IMG/VR virus record: IMGVR_UViG_3300044580_000351
Span: 1 to 41,586 of that record
DNA length: 41,586 nucleotides
Reading direction: 5' to 3' (one strand)
Origin: a virus
Taxonomy: Duplodnaviria > Caudoviricetes
In this document: piece after piece, positions 1-8,274 of the stretch
Position numbering within the stretch: position 1 is the stretch's first letter
How the letters are laid out: every line of letters starts with the position of its first letter
Position numbers and translations under genes: made by a program
Notes under the pieces: generated by a model
Seen by the model: only the letters and a program-made list of their open reading frames with translations
What the model was told of the DNA's origin: nothing
The model's database searches: none

Positions 1-2
1 AT

Positions 3-743
3 CAGCTGATTAAATCTTACATCCTCAATATCTATGCCGAACACAAAAAGAGACTCGGAATGTACAAAATTCACTATTTACTTAAGCGTGATTATGGCAT
101 TGACATAAGCTGCGGAAGAGTGTACCGCCTTATGAAACAAATGAATTTACCGCCAATATCTACAAAAAAGCCTAATTTTTCAGTGTACAATGACCAAAAC
201 GAATATGACAATCATTTAAAGCAACAGTTTAATCAGCTTGCTCCCGATACCGTATGGGTAAGCGATATTACTTACATTAAGGTATCCGGCAAATTCTATT
301 ATCTCTGTGTCATTATTGATTTGTTTTCAAGAAAAGTGATTGCCTACAACATTTCCAGCAGGCCCGATTCAGCTTTGGTAATTGAGACCTTCCTTTTGGC
401 ATATAAGTCAAGAAAAACTCCTTACGGCCTTATGTTTCATTCTGACAGAGGCAGCCAATATAATTCCTTTTCTTTTCGAAAATTGCTTGACGACTTAAAT
501 GTCGTTCAGTCTTTTTCTAAAAAAGGCCATCCTTATGACAATGCCGTAGCCGAAAGCTTTTTTAAATATCTAAAGCATGAAGAGATTAACCGCAGAAACT
601 ATTCATCTTTACAGGAACTGAAGCTGTCTGTATTTGAATATATTGAAGGCTACTACAATTCCAAGCGCCCGCATTCATCGCTCGGAATGTTAACTCCTAA
701 CCAAAAAGAGCAAAATTTTACCTGCGGGAATTCCCGCAGGTAA
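3..743 (+). CDS. IS3-family transposase OrfB (rve DDE domain), 5'-truncated by window
   Basis: Frame is open from position 3 (QLIKSYILNIYAEHKKRLGMYKI). Motifs WVSDITY, DLFSRKVI, HSDRGSQY, DNAVAESFFKYLKHE, YYNSKRPHSSLG. Confidence 0.95.
   Translation, partial: QLIKSYILNIYAEHKKRLGMYKIHYLLKRDYGIDISCGRVYRLMKQMNLPPISTKKPNFSVYNDQNEYDNHLKQQFNQLAPDTVWVSDITYIKVSGKFYYLCVIIDLFSRKVIAYNISSRPDSALVIETFLLAYKSRKTPYGLMFHSDRGSQYNSFSFRKLLDDLNVVQSFSKKGHPYDNAVAESFFKYLKHEEINRRNYSSLQELKLSVFEYIEGYYNSKRPHSSLGMLTPNQKEQNFTCGNSRR
718..743. repeat. Perfect 26-bp palindrome at the transposase stop
   Basis: TTACCTGCGGGAATTCCCGCAGGTAA equals its own reverse complement. Confidence 0.9.
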
Positions 744-800
744 GGAAATCCCTTTTAACATTTTCTCTTTTTTGTGTCTATTTGCTTGACTATTGTCCAC

Positions 801-829
801 TTGACATTGTGTCAAATTGACACTATAAT
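801..829 (+). promoter_or_regulatory. Consensus sigma-A promoter with overlapping inverted repeats
   Basis: TTGACA(801-806)-N17-TATAAT(824-829). GTGTCAA-A-TTGACAC at 809-823; TGTGTCAAATT repeated at 808 and 839. Confidence 0.75.
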
Positions 830-868
830 AGCAATATATGTGTCAATTCGCTACAATATAATATAAGG

Positions 869-1861
869 GTGAGGAAAATGAATAAGTTTATTAGATATTT
901 TTTATTTAGTGTTTTTATTGTTTTTAGCACACTTACTTTTGTTGGATGCGGCAATTTTGCAAATCATTATAATAAACAATATACTGTCACCTTTGACAGC
1001 AAGGGTGGCACACCAGTTGAAACAATTACCGGAGTAATTTCTTTTTCTAAAATTCCAAAGCCAGATGACCCTGTTCGCGAAGGTTATATTTTTCTAGGAT
1101 GGTATGATGTGGATTATCCTTCACTCATGTGGGACTTTGATACAAAGACTGTATATGAAGATACAACATTATTTGCTAAATGGGTAAATGCTAATGCATT
1201 ACAAGACGCTATTAATATAATTTCGGCTCGACTTACTGATAAGGGCATTCCTTTTATAGATGTGCAGATTAGCAATAAATATCAAAAACATAAGTATAAT
1301 CACGATGTCTTTGTTTATATTGAAAGCAATGATATTATAAAATATTCAGAATTGTACGAATTAGTATATGATATAAGACTTGAAGTCATTCTTGCCGATT
1401 TACCAGAATTAGATGACTTATATGTTTATTCTACTACAACATACACTGTATTTAATGGAAGAGAATACAGAATTACTTTAACACCAAGCGATACAACATC
1501 CTCTGAAAAGAGATTTCTTTATAAAAATCAATCACTTTCGCAAAGAGCCTATATTGAAATAATTGGTAAGAGTTTCAAACTATATGATACTTACCCTTCA
1601 TCATCGCGGACTCTATTGCAAGATGGCGTTCCGGTATATGAAACACCTGAAACGGTTCCAATTGCAAAAGGAACTTGTACTGTAAATACATCCACATTAA
1701 CTATGACTTTTCGTGAAATAGATTATTACGGCATTGAAACAGGATGGGCTACGGCAAATATTAGTGCCGATATGAAATACTTTAGAATAGATTATTGTAC
1801 ATCAAAGTCAAAATTCTATAAATTCAGTAGCAGCCTTGCATCAACTTTTGAATTACAATAA
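869..1861 (+). CDS. Putative lipoprotein with one InlB B-repeat (Listeria-Bacteroides repeat) domain
   Basis: Signal peptide ending FVGC. YTVTFDSKGG...PDDPVREGYIFLGWY...WDF...DTTLFAKW is the B-repeat signature. Start may be ATG 878. Confidence 0.8.
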   Translation: MRKMNKFIRYFLFSVFIVFSTLTFVGCGNFANHYNKQYTVTFDSKGGTPVETITGVISFSKIPKPDDPVREGYIFLGWYDVDYPSLMWDFDTKTVYEDTTLFAKWVNANALQDAINIISARLTDKGIPFIDVQISNKYQKHKYNHDVFVYIESNDIIKYSELYELVYDIRLEVILADLPELDDLYVYSTTTYTVFNGREYRITLTPSDTTSSEKRFLYKNQSLSQRAYIEIIGKSFKLYDTYPSSSRTLLQDGVPVYETPETVPIAKGTCTVNTSTLTMTFREIDYYGIETGWATANISADMKYFRIDYCTSKSKFYKFSSSLASTFELQ

Positions 1862-1922
1862 TGAGCGCATGAGTAGATTAAATAAATATCTTATAAAACA
1901 TTTTTATGAGGAGGAGATAATT

Positions 1923-2111
1923 ATGAAATAAACTGAGCAAACATTAAGGGAACTTGATTGTGAGCTAAAAAAAATCAAAATGCCTTTTGACAAAGGTTTA
2001 CCATTAGCACAAAGAATACTTTGGAGAATAGCAGAAAAATATAATATCACCGCCGCAGATGTATTAATGGAGTACTTTGAATGGAAAAATCAATGTATGA
2101 ATAGAAACTAA
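1923..2111 (+). pseudogene. Small hypothetical gene with a TAA at codon 3
   Basis: Strong RBS GAGGAGGAG, then ATG AAA TAA, then 59 open codons (TEQTLRELDCELKKIKMPFDKGLPLAQRILWRIAEKYNITAADVLMEYFEWKNQCMNRN*). Confidence 0.55.
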
Positions 2112-2234
2112 TTATCTCAAATAGGACTGTTATTTTAGTAGTCATGACAACATCTAATACATGAAACTTGATTGGCATAGTAAAAGAATTATTATAAAAG
2201 CAATTTAATCAATATAAAGAATTAGAGGCTAACT

Positions 2235-2831
2235 ATGGAAATAATTTATTGCCCTCATTGTGCTAAAGAGATTGACATTAATAGTAAATTTTGTAATGAA
2301 TGTGGAAAGGCAATTAATAAAGGAATCAGCATACCAGAAAGTGGGTCATCGACAATCTTTCAAAATAGTATTAATACTATGCAAAATAATATTGAACCGT
2401 TTTTTGCAAACAAAACAAGTACTAAATCGTGGCTTTCAATAAAACGCAATAAAATTACTGTAATATGTGTTGCGGTTGCAATCGTATTGATTGCAATTCT
2501 TACTCCAATAATTGTTTCTAACACTCTTAGTGGCAATGATAAAATTGTCTATGATCTTATACTGGAAGCCTCACACGATTTTAAAGACCCAAGTTCTGTA
2601 CGTATTATAAGCGGTTCTTTGTCAGTTGATAAAGATGGTGGATGGTTTATTCTTTCTGCTAAAAACTCTTACGGGGCAAGAGACACGGGAAATTATTTTA
2701 TTGGCTATATTGATGGTGAGGTGTTTGTGCTTGAACAAGATACTGCGACTTATTTACACAGGAAAACTAGTGAATTTAATATTGACAAGGTAAACAACGC
2801 TTTGGAAAAGTATTGGAAGAATTTTAGTTAA
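2235..2831 (+). CDS. Zinc-ribbon domain membrane protein
   Basis: N-terminal CPHC...FCNECG, one TM helix (ITVICVAVAIVLIAILTPIIV), C-terminal FKDPSS...AKNSYGA domain; RBS GAGG. Confidence 0.8.
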   Translation: MEIIYCPHCAKEIDINSKFCNECGKAINKGISIPESGSSTIFQNSINTMQNNIEPFFANKTSTKSWLSIKRNKITVICVAVAIVLIAILTPIIVSNTLSGNDKIVYDLILEASHDFKDPSSVRIISGSLSVDKDGGWFILSAKNSYGARDTGNYFIGYIDGEVFVLEQDTATYLHRKTSEFNIDKVNNALEKYWKNFS

Positions 2832-3093
2832 TTATAGTTGAGACGCTAAAAATGATATGCAAGCTAAGCATATTTTATTGAAGCAGTAAAAGAATAAATG
2901 ATTCTTGCCGATAAAATGAAATAAAACAACATACTTTTTATGGCACATGTTAACGGAAAAAAATATGTAATATACCGCCACTCTTGTGGGAAAATTATGA
3001 TTAATAGAAAGTATTACTTTGAGCTATTATTAGGCTCTTTGTCAAATGTTGGGGTGAACTTAGCAGAATTAATTTTCAAGAGTCAGATTGCCA

Positions 3094-3123
3094 TCTCCAT
3101 GGGAGGGTACCCTCCCATGGAGA
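3094..3123. terminator. Perfect 30-bp palindrome downstream of the ISL3 transposase
   Basis: TCTCCATGGGAGGGTACCCTCCCATGGAGA is self-complementary; terminator role inferred from position. Confidence 0.55.
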
Positions 3124-3133
3124 CATTTTGTTT

Positions 3134-4312
3134 TTAGGCGCAGATATGAAGGATTCTGTTTCTGAAGCGATTAAAGTTTCTGTAACCGAAGGCATTTCTT
3201 TTGAGAACTTTAATCTTGTTGTTGATTCCTTCGGTGAAGCCGTTAGTATAAGGACATTCAAAGGAATTAAGTATAGGAGTTGACCAATTGCTAAAGGCCT
3301 TTATGCAATCTTCAAATTCGGGGATATTGCATTCCTGAGCGGTAAATAAAAAGGCTTTTAGTTTTTTTCTTGCGGTTTCGTAATCTTTGGATTTTCTGAA
3401 CGTTGCAAACAACTCTTTCAATTGCCAGGCTTCCTGCAGGTCAAAGTGCTGGGATAACATGATACGGAGCGCCTGTTTGCTGTCAGAATCAAGTTTTTCA
3501 TAAGGCGCGAAGAGCAGTTTTTTAGAGCGTTTAAAATAGATGCGCTTATGCTTGCTGAAACCTTTTTGAACTCGCTTTCTGACCCGATCCAAAGCCCAGT
3601 ACACTTGGCGAACATAGTGGTACTTATCTACAATAATCTTTGCGTTTGGAAATAACATTTTGCAAACATCGTAATAACTTTCCCACATATCCATCACCAC
3701 ATACTTAACGTTTTCTCTGTTTTTAAACTGTAAAAAGTAATCTATCAGATAGGTCTTTTGACGGCTTGGCAAAATATCAAGTACCTTTTTGTTCCTTGGA
3801 TTAGTTATGATAACTTGATATTTTTCACTGCCCGCATTGCCTTTAAACTCATCAATCGCTATGACTTCCGGCAGGCGATAAAGCCGATAATCTACAATGT
3901 CAAAGACTCTGGACACAGTACTGACAGAAATATTGAACAGATTGGCAACAAGCTTCATAGAACAATTATTCCTCAGCATCCTTAGTATTTCAACATAAAC
4001 CCTTTGTGTCATATGGTGATATCTTGGCAAAAAAGAATACTTTTCATAAAACCTTTTTCCGCATCGCTTGCATACATATCGTCGCTTTTTAAGCAACAGA
4101 TAGACAAATTTATCTCTAATGGATAAATCCTTAATTCTCTGCTGTCGATAATCATGTATGTATGAAGTGGAATGCTTACAGCAAGGGCATATTTGAGGTT
4201 TGGGCTTTGTCTCTATGTCAATATATAGACTGGTTGCTGTTTCTGTAATATTTGTTATCAAAACATCTTTTAATCCAAGCAGTTTTGTGATAAAATTATC
4301 CTCAGAGAGCAT
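3134..4312 (-). CDS. ISL3-family transposase
   Basis: zf-ISL3 CPCC...CKRCG, IAIDEF, VVMDMW, IVDKYH, TNGFTEGINNKIKVLKRNAFGYRNF. Confidence 0.97.
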   Translation of the reverse strand: MLSEDNFITKLLGLKDVLITNITETATSLYIDIETKPKPQICPCCKHSTSYIHDYRQQRIKDLSIRDKFVYLLLKKRRYVCKRCGKRFYEKYSFLPRYHHMTQRVYVEILRMLRNNCSMKLVANLFNISVSTVSRVFDIVDYRLYRLPEVIAIDEFKGNAGSEKYQVIITNPRNKKVLDILPSRQKTYLIDYFLQFKNRENVKYVVMDMWESYYDVCKMLFPNAKIIVDKYHYVRQVYWALDRVRKRVQKGFSKHKRIYFKRSKKLLFAPYEKLDSDSKQALRIMLSQHFDLQEAWQLKELFATFRKSKDYETARKKLKAFLFTAQECNIPEFEDCIKAFSNWSTPILNSFECPYTNGFTEGINNKIKVLKRNAFGYRNFNRFRNRILHICA

Positions 4313-4643
4313 AGAGTTCCCTCCTTAGTAAGATTGTTGTGCAAACTAATTCTACTAAGTTTTGAGAATCTATGCTCCCTTTTTTATCCCTTTAAATGAA
4401 AAATGTTGAGGCCTTCTTCTCTTGACCCCAACATTTATTATAGAACCATAAAAAACACCCGTTGGGGATGTTTGTGGATAATAGTAGGTTATTATTATTT
4501 TTATCCCGCGATTATGCTATTCATAGTAATGTTAATTATTAATAAATTTCAGTATTTAGGAATCGCTCAAATTTAGATTCGCTACCGTTCATTCTAATTA
4601 TTAAAATCAAATGAATGCTCATGTAAAAATTAACACTGGGAAT

Positions 4644-5543
4644 TTATAACATCCCAGTGTTTTTAAGCTCATCTTCAGACAGTTCCAGGTTACACACAAA
4701 ACACCTGCCTACAGTTAAAAATTGCCCGCTCAGGTTGTCTTCCGATTCTGTATAGAGCTTAAGAACGCAAAAAGAAGCATTCCCACAGGCAGGACATTCC
4801 ATACTGTCTCGTACAATCTCCCTTTCATCATAGGAAGAACGAATATTGAATTTTTTTCTTTCCTTAATTAATTCAGGATTTAACTCGTTGTATTCTTCTC
4901 TCTTTTCCCTTATTTTCTGGCTTAAAGTGTCAGATTGCTGTCTTGTGAGTTCTTCTTCCTTTGCCTTAAGTTTCTCAAAAACAGTCTCATTAAAAATGTC
5001 TTCATATTTGTACGCATCAGATACTTCCTGAATCATTTCCCGAATAAAGGGTAATATTTCATTAAGAATAAACAAACCCTCATCTACAGGGTTAAAATAA
5101 TACTCGAAATAGTGGACAATATTGTTACGCATGTTGCCTAATCGAACTAGGGCCGCTTTTCTTCTGTCCCGTTCTTCGCGGATTCTTTTCAATTCGTGCT
5201 TATCCGTAACAGCTTCGTCCTCTTCAATGTTTAGATTAAACATCGCTTCGTATCGTGAAATAACTTCATTATACGGAATGGTAAGAAAGGTCTCGCGCCT
5301 TTCTTTACGGGTCATAAGGTTTTGTCTCGACTGTATATTTTTAACTTTGTCCTGAAGCTTCTTAAACCTGACCAAATGTTCTACGCTGTTGTTTTTATCC
5401 AGCACCAGCACATCGTCAAGCTCACATAAACGCTGTTTCATAAGCCGCTCAACGGCCACAGCAAATAGTACAACCGATAGCTCAAAATGCTCGCTGTCAG
5501 TAAAATATCTCAGCGCTTCGGACAGGAAAACTGAGGTGTGCAT
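4644..5543 (-). CDS. Hypothetical protein: HEPN-like RxxxxH domain plus C-terminal zinc ribbon
   Basis: AVERLMK helix, LGNMRNNIVHY (R-x4-H), CPACG...CFVC. ATG overlaps the hsdMS stop (TAATG). Confidence 0.7.
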   Translation of the reverse strand: MHTSVFLSEALRYFTDSEHFELSVVLFAVAVERLMKQRLCELDDVLVLDKNNSVEHLVRFKKLQDKVKNIQSRQNLMTRKERRETFLTIPYNEVISRYEAMFNLNIEEDEAVTDKHELKRIREERDRRKAALVRLGNMRNNIVHYFEYYFNPVDEGLFILNEILPFIREMIQEVSDAYKYEDIFNETVFEKLKAKEEELTRQQSDTLSQKIREKREEYNELNPELIKERKKFNIRSSYDEREIVRDSMECPACGNASFCVLKLYTESEDNLSGQFLTVGRCFVCNLELSEDELKNTGML

Positions 5544-8260
5544 TATTCTCCAAACACCTCCCTGTCCAGAATCATTTTTATGGTCTGTTTTGCGTTTTCC
5601 TTTAGCCTTCTGATATTGGTCAGCGTTTCAAACTGAACGTTAAGGAAATCCACTATTTCCTGCTGTTTTTCAAGAGATGGAAGGGGTATTTGGGCTAATA
5701 ACAAATCACTCGGATTTACTCTGGGAAGTTGTGCGCCTTTTGTATTTTTAATGGCCCATTCAACAAAAAAGCTACTTTTTAATACATAAAAGAGATATTC
5801 CCTTAAAACCTTATCATTAGGTTTCAACACCAATATATCCGTAGAACAAATACCTGATTTATTTGGAAGGTATACCTTTTCTAAATAAGGTCTAAGTTTT
5901 CCGTACAAAATTGAATTGTCGTCAAAAAGAAATTTCTCACTGGAAAGTTCAGATGGTTTTATCAATGTTTCTGTAATCAATGATGTTTTACTCTCTATAT
6001 GTTCGAGTCCAATATATAAGACACTTTCTAAGTTAAGATTTTGAGGATGAATTTTATCATTAACTAAGGAAGCCACTTTTCCTAACTCCACCCATTCCCA
6101 ATCTCCTTCAAAAATACTGTCATCGATTCCAGCTTCAAGAATGGCCTTTTCCATAGCATTGCACTGCTCAATAATAGCCTGCTGCTTGTCAAAGCGGGCA
6201 ACCAGTTCCTGTTGAACGGGAAGAGGTGGAAGAGGGATTTGGATACTATAAAAAGACTCCATATCAATATTTTTTTGTCCAACTCCTCTACCACACTCGT
6301 AAACCTTATCCTCAATGCATTTTAGAATATAATACAAGTATGAAGCAGATAACTGATTGTCATCCTTCGGCTCTATGCTGAAACCACTATCCAACAACCA
6401 GAATCGACCATTAACCATTCTTACACATTCTTCAGACATTCCAAACCTGCTTATGACTATTGAGTCTTCACGATTATAATTGTCTGTATAAAAAGTAATA
6501 CCACCACCACCATATACTGGATACAAACAACCCTCATGGTCTTTTTTTGTTATCCGTTCACCAAATGATACTTTAACAATATCTCTAAGTTCAACAACCT
6601 CCCACTTTTGCTTTCCTTTTATCGTTTTTCTGTACAGCCCAGGGTTAAGGTTATAATCTTTTGCTTTGATTTCCTCAATCGTCGCCGTCCAGCAGAAGTC
6701 ATTATCTATAAAGTCAGGTAGCGCCTCTGTCGGAGCCTTAATCCAGTCAATCCACTTTCTGAATACTTCCACTGCTTTAGGCAAGTTGCCACAGGGCGGT
6801 TCGTAAATGTTCGGGTCATCACCCTGAAAAGCTCCGTTAATTGGTCTTCTCTGGGTTGTTAAGGTAAATCCGTCATCTTTCACATCAACAAACAGCACGT
6901 GCTTTGTGGTGTAAGCATTTTGTTTCTTTGTCTCGTTCCATTCTTCTTTTGTGGGTTTTTCAAAATACAGCACTGTCGTTTTGACACCGGAATACGGCTG
7001 AAATATGCCTGCCGGCATGGAAAAGACAGCTTTCAAATCAAACTCTCGTAAAAGCTTCATGTAGAAGCAACCTGTACTACGGACGGTCATTACGACTTTC
7101 AAATCAAACTCTCGTAAAAGCTTCATGCGTATATTCTTGAATACAGAGGAATTGTCAAACAGAATCTTGTCCAAGATTATAACTATCGCTCTGGAACGCT
7201 TTTTACCTGGTTCAGAAGGTCTCAACGCTGCCATAATATGCTGGATGAACAATGCTTCGTAGCGTTTGGCATGGAACTCAAAAGTGCCAACCCGAGACTG
7301 AGCAAGTGGACCATACGGTGGGTTAGTTAACACTACATCATATTTTTCTTTGTGTTCTAATTGTGCCCAGTTATCAAGACTGTCGGCTTCTTTTAGGTTG
7401 GAATTACCATCATTATGGAGAATCATGTTCATAAGGGCAAGCTTGTAAACGTCAGGCGCTTTTTCTACTGCAAAAAGAGACTCTCTTGTTAATTTCCGGT
7501 AAAGAATTTCAGCTTCATCAGATTTGACCCCATCATATGCGGCAGTAGCTTCATTAACCCTCATTCCTGCTTTTACAAGATTATCAATTTTGCCCTTTAC
7601 TACTTCAAAGGCACGCAGAATAAAACCCCCCGTACCAGCCGCAGGGTCATATATCTTTTCCCCAATTTCCGGGTCAGCAAGCTCTACCATGAAATGGATG
7701 ATGTGGCGAGGAGTAAAATACTGACCGTACTGTTTTTGTTCGCCAAGTTTTTGAACAACAAATTCGTATGCTCTGCCCATAACGTCAAAGTTTTGTTCAA
7801 GTTCAAGGTCTTTCAGCCGCTTTATCAATTCCTTAATAGTCGGATTATACCTTATGCGCCATATATGATTTTTAAAGAGCCGTCTGAAAAGGCTTAAATC
7901 CCTGCCATCGTGGTCCTTAACTTCGGCCAGTTCGGAAAATATGTTTCTTACATAATCGACTATAGTAAACTCTCCATCGTCAGTCTTTACGGTTTTTCCG
8001 TCACTTGCCAAAATCTTTTCTGCCCATGTGGAAAACCTCAGGTGATTTGGTAAATCAGGCACAAATTTAGTTCCATCCAAACGGGCGAGTTCTTCTCTTT
8101 GTTTTTCTCTGTCGTCAAAGAGCTTTAAAAACAAAAAATAGCTAAACTCTTCCAGATACTCGGTGGTTTTGAGAGTATCGTCTCGAAAAATATTGGCAAT
8201 ATCCCAAAGCTCAGAACCAAGCCTGTGAAAATCTACTTTGTTGTTATTATTTTGCGCCAT
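5543..8260 (-). CDS. hsdM: Type I R-M fused methyltransferase-specificity protein (HsdM-HsdS)
   Basis: GQYFTPR, DPAAGTGGF (SAM binding), NPPY (m6A), YNLNP, then two TRD/conserved blocks (IPLPPLPVQQE; IPLPSLEKQQEIV). Confidence 0.92.
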   Translation of the reverse strand: MAQNNNNKVDFHRLGSELWDIANIFRDDTLKTTEYLEEFSYFLFLKLFDDREKQREELARLDGTKFVPDLPNHLRFSTWAEKILASDGKTVKTDDGEFTIVDYVRNIFSELAEVKDHDGRDLSLFRRLFKNHIWRIRYNPTIKELIKRLKDLELEQNFDVMGRAYEFVVQKLGEQKQYGQYFTPRHIIHFMVELADPEIGEKIYDPAAGTGGFILRAFEVVKGKIDNLVKAGMRVNEATAAYDGVKSDEAEILYRKLTRESLFAVEKAPDVYKLALMNMILHNDGNSNLKEADSLDNWAQLEHKEKYDVVLTNPPYGPLAQSRVGTFEFHAKRYEALFIQHIMAALRPSEPGKKRSRAIVIILDKILFDNSSVFKNIRMKLLREFDLKVVMTVRSTGCFYMKLLREFDLKAVFSMPAGIFQPYSGVKTTVLYFEKPTKEEWNETKKQNAYTTKHVLFVDVKDDGFTLTTQRRPINGAFQGDDPNIYEPPCGNLPKAVEVFRKWIDWIKAPTEALPDFIDNDFCWTATIEEIKAKDYNLNPGLYRKTIKGKQKWEVVELRDIVKVSFGERITKKDHEGCLYPVYGGGGITFYTDNYNREDSIVISRFGMSEECVRMVNGRFWLLDSGFSIEPKDDNQLSASYLYYILKCIEDKVYECGRGVGQKNIDMESFYSIQIPLPPLPVQQELVARFDKQQAIIEQCNAMEKAILEAGIDDSIFEGDWEWVELGKVASLVNDKIHPQNLNLESVLYIGLEHIESKTSLITETLIKPSELSSEKFLFDDNSILYGKLRPYLEKVYLPNKSGICSTDILVLKPNDKVLREYLFYVLKSSFFVEWAIKNTKGAQLPRVNPSDLLLAQIPLPSLEKQQEIVDFLNVQFETLTNIRRLKENAKQTIKMILDREVFGE
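7030..7127. repeat. 32-bp exact direct repeat flanking a unique 34-bp insert (repeat-spacer-repeat) inside hsdM
   Basis: CTTTCAAATCAAACTCTCGTAAAAGCTTCATG at 7030-7061 and 7096-7127; insert 7062-7095. The protein shows MKLLREFDLK twice. Confidence 0.95.
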
Positions 8261-8274
8261 TAATATTCCCTCCG

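Larger units (their letters stand above)
1..799 (+). mobile_element. IS3-family insertion sequence, right part (left end outside window)
   Basis: IS3 OrfB transposase followed by a terminal ...TGTCTATTTGCTTGACTATTGTCCA ending in CA at 798-799, typical of an IS3 IRR. Confidence 0.85.
3033..4447 (-). mobile_element. Complete ISL3-family IS (1415 bp)
   Basis: Imperfect terminal IRs GGCTCTTTGTCAAATGTTGGGG (3033) and CCCCAACATTTATTATAGAACC (4426-4447) enclosing an ISL3 transposase. Confidence 0.9.

Noticed and set aside
4490-4497. TATTATTA as a displaced ISL3 target duplication
   Set aside because: About 42 bp beyond the IR in very AT-rich low-complexity DNA; likely chance
5543-6620. hsdS shufflon / phase-variable TRD inversion
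   Set aside because: No silent hsdS copies, flanking inverted repeats or adjacent invertase seen
7030-7127. Calling this a functional CRISPR array
   Set aside because: Only two repeats, no AT-rich leader, no cas genes in the window, and the repeat is hsdM coding sequence; kept as a candidate ectopic integration
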